Source: a virus (lineage: Duplodnaviria; Heunggongvirae; Uroviricota; Caudoviricetes). From it: DNA of 31,754 nucleotides. The notes under the pieces are model-generated. The model ran no database searches. It was not told where the DNA came from and saw only the letters and a list, made by a program, of their open reading frames with translations. The number at the start of each line of letters is the position of its first letter. Position 1 is the first letter of the stretch. The position numbers and the translations under genes were made by a program. Location: IMG/VR virus record IMGVR_UViG_3300037313_000650, one strand, 5' to 3'. This document shows, in pieces, positions 1 to 8,473 of the stretch.

Positions 1-40
1 CTTTTGTTACCTTACTCATTGTAATTGTTGATTTTAAATA

Positions 41-364
41 TTAAATAATTTTATTTAAGTGTTTGTAAATTCTATCCAACCTAAAATTTTGGTAATTAAT
101 GCATTTGATAAGTCTAGTGATTTTTCCAATTGCATCACTTGGTTCAGGCTCTGTCTTATCAGCAGTATTTTCAGGTTCACTCTTATCAGTAAGGATCATA
201 TTTAATGCAATAGATATATCATTTACAGTGTTTCCTAATCTAGCGTATTCATTCTCCAGAGAGTCATAAACTTCCTTTAATGCTGAAGATTTAGCTTTAG
301 GTGCATCATCAGAAATATATGTTCCGCAATTACCAAAGTTCTTGCTTAAATCATAGTCATACAT
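41..364 (-). CDS. hypothetical protein
   Basis: 107-aa ORF in a tightly packed minus-strand run; no recognised motif. Confidence 0.75.
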   Translation of the reverse strand: MYDYDLSKNFGNCGTYISDDAPKAKSSALKEVYDSLENEYARLGNTVNDISIALNMILTDKSEPENTADKTEPEPSDAIGKITRLIKCINYQNFRLDRIYKHLNKII

Positions 365-376
365 AATTGTTGGTTT

Positions 377-643
377 TTATTTTATCAAAAGGTTTAAAAA
401 GCTTTTAGCTGCATTATTAGCTATTTCATGAATTCCATTTTCAATAAATAGATATCTTGTAAAGCCTGTTCTTTTTTCTAATTCTCTATGAAATTCATCA
501 TAGAAAGCCATAGCTATGTTAGCTTGCCAAGTATAATAATAACTACCTTCTGAAGTGTCCTTCTTCATTTCTCTTATGACAATCTCCATAGCTTTTGCCA
601 ATTCTGAATCCTGTTTTTCCAAATCTGTATATACTTCTTTCAT
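377..643 (-). CDS. phage hypothetical protein (YYYTWQANIAMAFYDE motif)
   Basis: 88-aa ORF; motif resembles small conserved phage proteins from recall; function unknown. Confidence 0.8.
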   Translation of the reverse strand: MKEVYTDLEKQDSELAKAMEIVIREMKKDTSEGSYYYTWQANIAMAFYDEFHRELEKRTGFTRYLFIENGIHEIANNAAKSFLNLLIK

Positions 644-649
644 ATTTAT

Positions 650-844
650 TTATTTTACATAATAGTCTCCATACATCCATTCTCCAAAATCTACCAACTG
701 ATTTAAAAGATCATTTGGGTTTAACTTCCTACCATCTACTTTCTTACCATCAATTGTTAGTTCAGGAGAAGTTGTCAGGATACATAATGCTGCCATTAAT
801 AATCTGCCTTCTCTGCTGTTGATATCAATATTATTTAATGTCAT
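650..844 (-). CDS. hypothetical protein
   Basis: 64-aa ORF, ATGA overlap with upstream gene. Confidence 0.75.
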   Translation of the reverse strand: MTLNNIDINSREGRLLMAALCILTTSPELTIDGKKVDGRKLNPNDLLNQLVDFGEWMYGDYYVK

Positions 845-1353
845 AGGTTTGTATTTTCCCAGAAGAACACTGGTTTGTTATTAGTTTTTGTAATATAGAA
901 ATCTGGAACTAATATAGATTCTTCAGATAGATATAAGGAAGTAAACCTATATTGATCTGGTTCCAGTTTAGATTTAACTAAGAGTTTTACCTTATTCAGA
1001 TTCTTTCCTCTGAAAATACTACTTGTAACAAATAGGTATTTAAAACTCTTGTCTATATGTTTATTTATCCAACTGGAAAGATATTTATCAAATGGGGGAT
1101 AAGTCTTTTCATTTTCATCCCACACCTGAGACATATTAGCTTTAGGGAGTTCTAAATTAATCACTTCATATAACTCATTGTGATTCAGGTAGGATAGCTT
1201 GTGGTTAACTAGCTGTACTAATCTAGAGGAATATTCTGGAGAACAATTTACTATAATTGTATTATTATCTATAAACCCACTACTCTTGATCTTCTCAATC
1301 AAATAATTACTCTGAGATAGTTCCCTTTCTGGTGATACATATAATATTTCCAT
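841..1353 (-). CDS. type I phosphoribosyltransferase-fold protein, degenerate (Gpt/HPRT-like)
   Basis: C-terminal PDFY...PVFFWEN resembles the Gpt/HPRT-like PDYY...WIVFPWE tail; YLFVTSSIFRGKNL sits where the PRPP loop VDD..TG.T would be but lacks the acidic pair. Confidence 0.5.
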   Translation of the reverse strand: MEILYVSPERELSQSNYLIEKIKSSGFIDNNTIIVNCSPEYSSRLVQLVNHKLSYLNHNELYEVINLELPKANMSQVWDENEKTYPPFDKYLSSWINKHIDKSFKYLFVTSSIFRGKNLNKVKLLVKSKLEPDQYRFTSLYLSEESILVPDFYITKTNNKPVFFWENTNL

Positions 1354-1359
1354 ACTTCA

Positions 1360-1390
1360 CAAAGTTAATATATTTTCTTATAATATCAAT
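1360..1390 (-). promoter_or_regulatory. Bacteroidota sigma70-type promoter candidate
   Basis: Minus strand reads ATTG-N19-TAACTTTG, ending 6 nt before the ATG at 1353. Confidence 0.55.
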
Positions 1391-1530
1391 AATTTATAAT
1401 TAGGATGTTTTTCATCTGTTATATGAATAGCTATATCACCATCAATATCTTCTGTAAGTAGAATAATTAATTCTGACACATTTATATGTCCATCATCCAG
1501 AAGTCTCCTTAAAATATCTATCTTACTCAT
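1378..1530 (-). CDS. small hypothetical protein (MSKIDILRRLLDDG..., 50 aa)
   Basis: Read manually; TAATG coupling with the stop of the 1530-1973 ORF; fills the gap. Confidence 0.65.
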   Translation of the reverse strand: MSKIDILRRLLDDGHINVSELIILLTEDIDGDIAIHITDEKHPNYKLLIL

Positions 1531-1973
1531 TAGCTTCCTACCTTTTCATTTGTACCATCCCAGACAAATTCTTCTACTGGAAGGTGTTTATTACAACCTA
1601 CACAAAATGTAGCTCCATAAAATTGGGGATTCCTAGCATAAGTTTCAGCTATAGCCTGTCCCATTCTGGTCACTGCTCCGCAGCCGCTACTAAGTTGTTT
1701 CTCTGTCCAATATCTACCTACTACTGGAGATTCACTCTCTGGATACTTCTCATACTTTACATAATAATCCTTATATTGTTCCTTTTGTTCTGCTGTAAGG
1801 TCAACCAAAGGATATTTAGGTTGTAATCCTTTATGAACATAGCTATCTCTATAAGGTCTTACAAATCCTTTAGCTCTTTCCTCTTCTGAAAGAACCAAAT
1901 AGCATTCATTCTGACCTTCTGATTTCTGCCCTTCTACTAAGCAAGGGTCTTGTGGGTTTGTTGTTAATGACAT
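1530..1973 (-). CDS. conserved phage protein, probable Zn-binding
   Basis: YLVLSEEERAKGFVRP motif and C/CxxC/H residues (CGAVT, FCVGCNKH); recalled from diverse phages. Confidence 0.85.
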   Translation of the reverse strand: MSLTTNPQDPCLVEGQKSEGQNECYLVLSEEERAKGFVRPYRDSYVHKGLQPKYPLVDLTAEQKEQYKDYYVKYEKYPESESPVVGRYWTEKQLSSGCGAVTRMGQAIAETYARNPQFYGATFCVGCNKHLPVEEFVWDGTNEKVGS

Positions 1974-1974
1974 A

Positions 1975-2250
1975 TTATATAATTATTTTTGCTGGTTTAA
2001 TTATTATAGATTCTTCTGGTTCCCAACACCTACCATTCATTCCCATATTAAGTTTAAATCTGATCTTTTTACATGGGGCAAGTATTGTCATCTCATTAGT
2101 TCTTGAATACACTGCTATATTAGTTATAACACAATCTTCATCTATAAATGAAACATCATAATATGGAGACTCTATTTCAAATCTTGAAGAGTTGGGATTG
2201 GGAAGTTCATTCCAAATCTTACTCCATTGTACTGCTGATATACTAATCAT
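1975..2250 (-). CDS. hypothetical protein
   Basis: 91-aa ORF, 1-nt spacing to neighbours. Confidence 0.75.
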   Translation of the reverse strand: MISISAVQWSKIWNELPNPNSSRFEIESPYYDVSFIDEDCVITNIAVYSRTNEMTILAPCKKIRFKLNMGMNGRCWEPEESIIIKPAKIII

Positions 2251-2251
2251 A

Positions 2252-2473
2252 TCAATTTGTTGGTTTTACCTGAGCTTGTACAAAACTCCCATTTGAAAGT
2301 TTGAAAGCCATTCCGTTATTAATCTTATATTCAAAAGCATCTTTCTCTGTAAGAATGTTTACAACAGGATCATCTGAACTGATGAACATCTTCGTAACTA
2401 CCTGACCGTCATACTTTTTCCCTACTGAAATAATTACAGCATTCTCTACATCTACTAGTTCTAATATATCCAT
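2252..2473 (-). CDS. hypothetical protein
   Basis: 73-aa ORF, TAATG coupled. Confidence 0.75.
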   Translation of the reverse strand: MDILELVDVENAVIISVGKKYDGQVVTKMFISSDDPVVNILTEKDAFEYKINNGMAFKLSNGSFVQAQVKPTN

Positions 2474-2706
2474 TATACTTTATTTAATTTAATAGTTACA
2501 TTATGAGGTGTTGTAACTTTTATAACATCTTTGTTTTCTCCTTCTTCCTTATTAGCTGGAATAGAAGGAAACCCTTTAATAATTTCATTCATTGTCCTCT
2601 GTATCTTTTCCCAATCCTCACTAGGAACATCTATAGTAACTGAGATCGGCTTATAATTATGCCCGAATAAAGCCTGAATAGGTGCTGCTATTTCATTGAA
2701 TATCAT
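2473..2706 (-). CDS. hypothetical protein
   Basis: 77-aa ORF, ATGA coupled. Confidence 0.75.
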   Translation of the reverse strand: MIFNEIAAPIQALFGHNYKPISVTIDVPSEDWEKIQRTMNEIIKGFPSIPANKEEGENKDVIKVTTPHNVTIKLNKV

Positions 2707-2999
2707 AAAAATTTCTTTTTAAAATCCTTAAGTGTTTCAATATCAAGCCTTTCTCCTTCCTTAAGAGCTTCCCATGCATCCTTATCCATAATAATCCTAC
2801 CTACATGGTCATCTCCAATACCAAATAATAGTTCTACTGTCTCTGTATAGAACTCTAATCTCCAACCTTTCTTATTAATAGCCACCTTAGACTTAGGAGA
2901 AAACTTAAGTTCTTTTCCAAGACTAGCATAATTATCTACTTGTGAACAATAGACAGAGTTTAATCTCCCTTCATTTGTATTTCCTGAATTTACATACAT
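2703..2999 (-). CDS. hypothetical protein (first gene of minus-strand operon)
   Basis: 98-aa ORF downstream of a consensus promoter. Confidence 0.75.
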   Translation of the reverse strand: MYVNSGNTNEGRLNSVYCSQVDNYASLGKELKFSPKSKVAINKKGWRLEFYTETVELLFGIGDDHVGRIIMDKDAWEALKEGERLDIETLKDFKKKFL

Positions 3000-3044
3000 A
3001 TTGTTTCTGTTTTTATTTTATTATATTCTTCAATTTTAACATAC

Positions 3045-3076
3045 CAAATATACAAAACATATATTAGAATTCCAAA
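3045..3076 (-). promoter_or_regulatory. Bacteroidota sigma70-type promoter (-33 TTTG / -7 TAnnTTTG)
   Basis: Minus strand reads TTTG-N20-TATATTTG, matching the established Bacteroides/Flavobacterium consensus, pointing into the minus-strand operon. Confidence 0.8.
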
Positions 3077-3109
3077 TTTAATACGCATATTTGTAAATAT
3101 ACACTTGTA

Positions 3110-3272
3110 TGCCCCCCTACATATTGTACCCCTGTCTTATATACCCCCTCTCTAAAATAACCCCCTATGATGTGTATACTTCTTTTTGGGTATAAAATAT
3201 TGCGTATGTCTCTTTTTGAGGAGGAGACCCACAAAATACCCCCGCTCTTTGTTGGGGAAACCGATATACCCC
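3110..3272. repeat. cluster of six C4-C6 runs, four as TACCCC
   Basis: gccccc (~3111), tacccc (3127), ataccccc (3141), aaccccc (3159), ataccccc (3236), atacccc (3266) in a very AT-rich context. Confidence 0.6.
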
Positions 3273-3305
3273 TATCATTTATTATTTAACAATTAAACAA
3301 TTTTT

Positions 3306-3728
3306 ATGGCTAAGATTAATTTCAAAGACTATGCAGCAGGAAGTCAGAATGCTGTTGCTCAATCGTTGCTCCAATTCGTAAAAGAGGGTGAAGAACAAGG
3401 TTTTGAACTGGTAGTTCCTAAGGGTGTGAAGGGTATTGTATTTAAATCCAAAGCAGGCAATCCACAGATTGCATTTCGGAATGATGAAGGTCAGGTGATC
3501 TTTGTGAGAATCAGTGCCGCATTGGATGCAGCCTTGTCTGCCAAAGAAGACGGCATTTCCTTACCCAATCAACCTGTTTATCATGTTGATCTGGATAATG
3601 GCGGTAAAATGCTGGTTGTAGGTATGAAGGGTGACGGTCTGGAATTTGTGGCTGCTGATCCTAAGAAGATGGCCAAATATGCTGTATCTGAAAGACCAGC
3701 AGTAACGGCTGATGAAGACGGTGATTAA
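3306..3728 (+). CDS. hypothetical protein, standalone unit, acidic C-terminus
   Basis: 140-aa ORF, visibly GC-richer than its neighbours, A-rich start region, own terminator, ends ADEDGD. Confidence 0.9.
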   Translation: MAKINFKDYAAGSQNAVAQSLLQFVKEGEEQGFELVVPKGVKGIVFKSKAGNPQIAFRNDEGQVIFVRISAALDAALSAKEDGISLPNQPVYHVDLDNGGKMLVVGMKGDGLEFVAADPKKMAKYAVSERPAVTADEDGD

Positions 3729-3730
3729 TC

Positions 3731-3753
3731 AAAGGGGCTTTGCCCCTTTTTTT
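3731..3753 (+). terminator. intrinsic terminator
   Basis: aaaggggc-ttt-gccccttt followed by T-run directly after the stop. Confidence 0.85.
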
Positions 3754-3781
3754 AACTGTACGACTCACGACCACAAGGCAC

Positions 3782-3832
3782 AAAAGAATAATGTAGGACT
3801 ATACGTTTTTTATAGTTATACATTATTCTTTT
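3782..3832. repeat. long inverted repeat / stem-loop
   Basis: aaaagaataatgta (3782-3795) pairs perfectly with tacattattctttt (3819-3832); inner actata/tatagt. Confidence 0.75.
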
Positions 3833-3961
3833 TTTATATAGATTAAAAACAGGATTTACATCCCGTAAAAAATGGTTTTTTTGTCCGATTTTTACATAGG
3901 TTTAGGTACATGATATATTTTCTTAATATATAACTATATTAAGAGTTTAATCTTTACTACC

Positions 3962-4006
3962 ATGACCGAACAACAAGTAAACGACCTGTACGAAAGGGGG
4001 GAATGA
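3962..4006 (+). CDS. possible micropeptide MTEQQVNDLYERGE
   Basis: 14-codon ORF followed by an acaatcagg/cctgattgt hairpin with T-run (~4032-4072); may be non-coding. Confidence 0.3.
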   Translation: MTEQQVNDLYERGE

Positions 4007-4225
4007 GCCACACTAAGGAGTAAGTGTTTGACAATCAGGGAGTTATTAAATTAATTGCCTGATTGTTTTTTATTTGTATATACAAATATAAGGGGGGAGT
4101 GGGAGAGGAGAACAACAGAATAACAATACAGGGATTATAAAAAAGAGCTAAATAAACATATTAATTTTGTCTGCATTATATACTAATAGTAAACAAATCA
4201 AATAAACACTTAAATTTTAAACTAT

Positions 4226-4516
4226 ATGGATAAGATATTTATTGTAATAGACATCAATCTTGCAATAACACAAGATGTATCTATTCCTTGTGTATTTGGT
4301 AATATTGAAGATGCATTTAAATATGCATTAGATGATGTTATTAAGAAAGATGGAAGAGATATTAAAGTACATGGTTGTGAGATAGAAGGATATATTTCTA
4401 CTACAGATAGGATTAGTAATAATAACTCTCTTGGTTCTAATTATGGAGTGAGTTATAAGTCTTATTATGGTGGTTATCCTTGTGCTAGAATGATAATGGA
4501 AAGAAAGGTTAATTAA
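4226..4516 (+). CDS. hypothetical protein
   Basis: 96-aa ORF with A-rich start region. Confidence 0.8.
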   Translation: MDKIFIVIDINLAITQDVSIPCVFGNIEDAFKYALDDVIKKDGRDIKVHGCEIEGYISTTDRISNNNSLGSNYGVSYKSYYGGYPCARMIMERKVN

Positions 4517-4556
4517 TACTCTTAAATATTTACTAAACAATTAAACTAACAAGTAT

Positions 4557-4796
4557 ATGAAATCTATTCAAATCATTCTATTGTTGTGTATCCATATAGG
4601 AGATGATTTTCCTAAGACTATGGATAAAGATGCTATACAGAAGAATCTCAATATTCTTATTGAGCAGGATTTAATAATGCAAGATTTTAGTAGTAATGTA
4701 ATAGCTGGACATAGTTATAAAGTAACAGAAAGAGGTAAAACGCTGATTTGTTCATTATATAATACCTTTCTTGATAAGGTGTGGGATTTAAAATAA
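4557..4796 (+). CDS. hypothetical protein, possible winged-helix
   Basis: 79 aa; LNILIEQDLI...YKVTERGK resembles the wHTH wing motif. Confidence 0.7.
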   Translation: MKSIQIILLLCIHIGDDFPKTMDKDAIQKNLNILIEQDLIMQDFSSNVIAGHSYKVTERGKTLICSLYNTFLDKVWDLK

Positions 4797-4880
4797 CATT
4801 TAGTAGTTCAGGAGGGATTATTTCTTTCTGAACTACTTTTTTGCTTACAATACACATTAACAATTTAAATACTGCTGCAT

Positions 4881-5363
4881 ATGCAAGTCAAACTCTGTTA
4901 TTTCAATCAACATTGGAATATTTATCTGTATACAGGTACAAATAAGGGATTTTACGATGCTCCTTGGATAAATATTAAACCAACTGAGCAGGTTATTGTA
5001 AGAGGAGATGAAGGAGAATACAGATTGCGCACTTATTCTCATCCTGATATTCCTGTTCTATGCTCATTTGGATTCTGGTATTACGATGAAAAGAGAAGAC
5101 CGGGACATGGTGGTGAATGGTCATCTAATAGTAGGGTTATTAATGAGGTATTTGGTACAGACCTTTATGAGGTGGCATTAGACCAAATATCTATGGCTGT
5201 TTCTCTCAAATGGCTCAAAGAAGTATTAGGAGACAAAGTGGTATGGGAACCAGACGATATTTGGGGTAGTATTATTACTCATGTGAAGGGTGAGAAGAAT
5301 GAACATGATAAATGGGTTACAATACCATTAGTCACTTCAGAAGATTTAATAGTTAATAATTAA
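4881..5363 (+). CDS. hypothetical protein
   Basis: 160-aa ORF followed by a terminator. Confidence 0.85.
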   Translation: MQVKLCYFNQHWNIYLYTGTNKGFYDAPWINIKPTEQVIVRGDEGEYRLRTYSHPDIPVLCSFGFWYYDEKRRPGHGGEWSSNSRVINEVFGTDLYEVALDQISMAVSLKWLKEVLGDKVVWEPDDIWGSIITHVKGEKNEHDKWVTIPLVTSEDLIVNN

Positions 5364-5370
5364 TTAATAT

Positions 5371-5406
5371 AAGTAGCTCAAGGGTTTATACTTTGGGCTA
5401 CTTTTT
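5371..5406 (+). terminator. intrinsic terminator
   Basis: aagtagctcaagg...ctttgggctactt plus T-run. Confidence 0.75.
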
Positions 5407-5419
5407 AAACTAACTAGTT

Positions 5420-5533
5420 ATGAAAAAGTACATCATTATCATATTAGTTCTGTTATCACTTATATTTACATCCTGTTACAGGGATGGATATGGATGTAGA
5501 GGTAATAGTAGAATTATTACCAGAGTAAGATAA
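5420..5533 (+). CDS. tiny lipoprotein (37 aa)
   Basis: Read manually: MKKYIIIILVLLSLIFTS-C-YRDGYGCRGNSRIITRVR; basic N-region, hydrophobic core, lipobox FTSC. Confidence 0.7.
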   Translation: MKKYIIIILVLLSLIFTSCYRDGYGCRGNSRIITRVR

Positions 5534-5566
5534 ACACATTATTTAATTCTTTAATTCACATTAACA

Positions 5567-6061
5567 ATGAAAAAGTTTAGAAATCCTTATTTAGTACAAC
5601 GTTTATTAGCACCTACAAGAGTTGATAATCCTTTCTCCTTTGGTGGTGGAAGGATAGATGGTGGATTTAGTGAAGAAGGAATGACTGTATTAAAACCTAT
5701 ATTTTCTTTTGATTATATGGGCAGTGCTGAATTTGAATGGGGTGCAGTACCTGAAGCATTTCAGAAATTATATGAAGCTGATCTAATAGATGGATTTATT
5801 ACAATTGATAATATTGGTACAGTATGGTATATCTGCGCTAAAGATATAGCTGAAGATGTAATAAAGTGGATAGTGACTGCTATGAATGGAAAGGAAGGCT
5901 ATTTAAAAGAGCGTTTAGGTTTACGTGGTGCTTTAACAGGAGATAGATACGATCAAAAATACAAGGGTTGGATTGAACTGGACAATCCATTCATGTTCTT
6001 TACAGACTTTAATATGTTCCAGAAAACATGGCAGATATTTAGTAAAGAGCCAGCAAAATAA
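5567..6061 (+). CDS. conserved phage protein (FDYMGSAEFEWGA motif)
   Basis: 164 aa; motif recalled from uncharacterised phage proteins. Confidence 0.85.
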   Translation: MKKFRNPYLVQRLLAPTRVDNPFSFGGGRIDGGFSEEGMTVLKPIFSFDYMGSAEFEWGAVPEAFQKLYEADLIDGFITIDNIGTVWYICAKDIAEDVIKWIVTAMNGKEGYLKERLGLRGALTGDRYDQKYKGWIELDNPFMFFTDFNMFQKTWQIFSKEPAK

Positions 6062-6081
6062 CTAAGCCGGACGATTAAGTT

Positions 6082-6109
6082 AAGGGCGGTGTTTCTACAC
6101 TGCCCTTTT
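6082..6109 (+). terminator. intrinsic terminator
   Basis: aagggcggtgt-ttct-acactgccctt then TT. Confidence 0.75.
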
Positions 6110-6208
6110 GATTTCACTCTACTTGGAGAGTATAAATAGGTGTTAAGCCAAGTGCGTTGGTATATATATTATGTATATATATCAGATCACATTAAAAACT
6201 TTATTATC

Positions 6209-6748
6209 ATGGCACAACATCATTTTCACACTAACTATTCTGATTATTCTGCTGAAACGAAGTATGGATTAAACAACATTCCTACAGAAGGTTTTGTTAG
6301 TATTGATAACCAAACAACTACTACAACTGCTGTAGTTAGACAGAATGTTAAGGGTTATTTTAAATTATCCCTATTTGCTATTGCTCAATTTATCAACGGT
6401 GCTAATCTATATGCATTTGTAAGGAATGACAGTAAGGTGAGTGGTAAAGAAATGCATTTACTATCCAGATTAGCACTATTAGCATTAAATGCTGGAAATG
6501 ATGGATTTGAAACTTCTCTTGGTTTAGATAGAGAAGAAGTAACAATCCTTAAAAATCTGCTTACTATTAGAATGCAGCATTGTGAGAAAGAGCGTGATGA
6601 ACGTTCTGAAAACTTCAATCCTGATACATATATTGGACAGAAGCTTCTTTTGTTAGATATACGTGAATGGCTGATGTGTGATGTAATTGAAGACAAACCT
6701 ATTCCTGTAGCACAAGCAGTTGCTAATAATTGGGATAATGAAGTGTAA
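6209..6748 (+). CDS. hypothetical protein
   Basis: Start moved to the ATG at 6209 (A-rich start region); 179 aa. Confidence 0.85.
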   Translation: MAQHHFHTNYSDYSAETKYGLNNIPTEGFVSIDNQTTTTTAVVRQNVKGYFKLSLFAIAQFINGANLYAFVRNDSKVSGKEMHLLSRLALLALNAGNDGFETSLGLDREEVTILKNLLTIRMQHCEKERDERSENFNPDTYIGQKLLLLDIREWLMCDVIEDKPIPVAQAVANNWDNEV

Positions 6749-6761
6749 CCTTTTTGTTAAT

Positions 6762-6797
6762 GTGAGGCCGAGGGAGCAATCCCAAAGCCTCACTTTT
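6762..6797 (+). terminator. terminator-like hairpin with 3x3 internal loop and GNRA tetraloop
   Basis: gtgaggc-cga-ggga-GCAA-tccc-aaa-gcctcac-tttt. Confidence 0.7.
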
Positions 6798-6811
6798 AAA
6801 CTTAACTGTAT

Positions 6812-7321
6812 ATGGAAAATGTATTAGAATTAAAACATGTCACATTCGATGATAAAGTTCGTAAAATGTGGAATATACATATGAATGATTATTATCATCT
6901 AATCAGAAATAGAGAATTAATAAGTAATACTCTTTATAGAGTGGGTGGATTTGGCGTTGATTTAAAAGCTGATTATTTTATACTATTAAAGTACACCGAA
7001 GCTTATTATGATGATACAATCACAAAGGATAAAGACAGAAAACCTCATCTGAAAAATCAATGGTGTATTCTGGACAAGAATGGAGTGGAGAGGGTAATCT
7101 TCAAATCATTTGAAAATCCTTATTTAGTGAAAGATAGTCAGATTTATACTATTAATAACAAATATTACAACATTGAAACTGGAGAATTCTATTGTTATGC
7201 TCTTAAGGAAATGGAATCTACTGAATATTTATTCCTAAATAGCCAGTTTGATGAGAATAAATCCAGAAGAGGTGTAATGAAAATCAATAAGAAAGACGGT
7301 ACTTGGGAACTATTTAAATAA
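6812..7321 (+). CDS. hypothetical protein (beta-rich, aromatic)
   Basis: 169-aa ORF. Confidence 0.85.
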   Translation: MENVLELKHVTFDDKVRKMWNIHMNDYYHLIRNRELISNTLYRVGGFGVDLKADYFILLKYTEAYYDDTITKDKDRKPHLKNQWCILDKNGVERVIFKSFENPYLVKDSQIYTINNKYYNIETGEFYCYALKEMESTEYLFLNSQFDENKSRRGVMKINKKDGTWELFK

Positions 7322-7338
7322 TCTCTAAACTACTGTAT

Positions 7339-7617
7339 ATGAATAAAGATTGGACACTAGAACTATTCATGAACCAATTAGGTTATGAACTTGTATCTGA
7401 TGATGGTATATATGCTAAATATCAGAATAAAGGTGGAACCAAATCTACCTTTTATGGTATAATGGGTAGAGGAAAGAGACTAATCTATTTCAATAGAGAT
7501 TTTGATAAGAATTATGTGTTTGTAGGTATTGAAGAAGATGGTGGTACAAGAAGAGTATTTCATGGTGGTTGTCAAACTGGAGAAGATTTGATAAAGATAT
7601 TAGAGTTGGTATATTAA
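7339..7617 (+). CDS. hypothetical protein
   Basis: 92-aa ORF. Confidence 0.8.
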   Translation: MNKDWTLELFMNQLGYELVSDDGIYAKYQNKGGTKSTFYGIMGRGKRLIYFNRDFDKNYVFVGIEEDGGTRRVFHGGCQTGEDLIKILELVY

Positions 7618-7660
7618 TAATTATGATATCCTTTCTTTTAATAACCAAAAAGCAAATCAA

Positions 7661-7723
7661 ATGGCAATCATTTGCGGAGTCGTCATGAGTAATGAAGATG
7701 CTCTTGAGTTCGACTTTAACTGA
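7661..7723 (+). CDS. candidate micropeptide MAIICGVVMSNEDALEFDFN
   Basis: 20 codons, strong A-rich start region (aaccaaaaagcaaatcaaATG), terminator follows. Confidence 0.5.
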   Translation: MAIICGVVMSNEDALEFDFN

Positions 7724-7746
7724 CTGTAGCTCTTTAAAGAGTTAAT

Positions 7747-7783
7747 AATAATCCAGAGTAATTAATGCTCTGGATTATTTTTT
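7747..7783 (+). terminator. intrinsic terminator
   Basis: aataatccagag...ctctggattatt plus T-run. Confidence 0.8.
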
Positions 7784-7806
7784 AATTACCTTCAAACAAA
7801 AAAACC

Positions 7807-7980
7807 ATGTTCTTAGCAAGTATAACAGCTTTAGTACTAGCTATATTTGTATCATTTGCTGTATTACACGATTTAAAATACCAAAAGTACAATGAAAGTG
7901 AGTGGACTACACCCACAATAAGAATAATGTGTATCATATTCTGGGTATTGTTCTATATTATAAATCATCAAATAAAATAA
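7807..7980 (+). CDS. small membrane protein (2 TM, 57 aa)
   Basis: Read manually: MFLASITALVLAIFVSFAVL...IRIMCIIFWVLFYII. Confidence 0.7.
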   Translation: MFLASITALVLAIFVSFAVLHDLKYQKYNESEWTTPTIRIMCIIFWVLFYIINHQIK

Positions 7981-7989
7981 AAAAAAATC

Positions 7990-8430
7990 ATGAAAACAGT
8001 ATTTCAAACCATTGCTTTATTGCTATTAGCATTATCTTTTTGTTTTGTATCTTGTACATCTAAAAGTGGCCATCTTTTAGACAATAAGAAACAGGTAAGT
8101 CAACAAACTACCGTGATTGACATGGGTGTAGATAGTACAGTACGTGTTAAAGTATTGGAAAACAGCACTATATCATATGCTATAATAAATAAATCTGTTG
8201 TTAATTCATTCAGACCATATGATACTGTATGGCTGAATATGAAAACTCATCGTATTGACGATACAGATACTAATACATTAAAGGTAGTATTGTGTCCTGA
8301 TAGATTTGGTACATTCTATGATGGTGAAGGGAATGAAATTCCTATAGAAGTGGTACAATTATATGTAAAAAGCCACTTTGTTCATCTGAATGTAGATGAA
8401 AGAACAATAGTAGATCAATATTTTTATTAA
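7990..8430 (+). CDS. putative lipoprotein
   Basis: Signal peptide with lipobox FVS-C. Confidence 0.75.
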   Translation: MKTVFQTIALLLLALSFCFVSCTSKSGHLLDNKKQVSQQTTVIDMGVDSTVRVKVLENSTISYAIINKSVVNSFRPYDTVWLNMKTHRIDDTDTNTLKVVLCPDRFGTFYDGEGNEIPIEVVQLYVKSHFVHLNVDERTIVDQYFY

Positions 8431-8434
8431 ATAT

Positions 8435-8460
8435 AAGGAGCTAGAAATAGCTCCTTTTTT
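8435..8460 (+). terminator. intrinsic terminator
   Basis: aaggagcta-GAAA-tagctcctt plus T-run. Confidence 0.85.
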
Positions 8461-8473
8461 AAACAAACTATAT

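Noticed and set aside
6762-6797. Hairpin with a GNRA loop and symmetric internal loop as a possible SRP RNA domain
   Set aside because: It lacks the SRP CAGG/AGCA loop, is too short, and sits as a U-tailed terminator after a stop codon.
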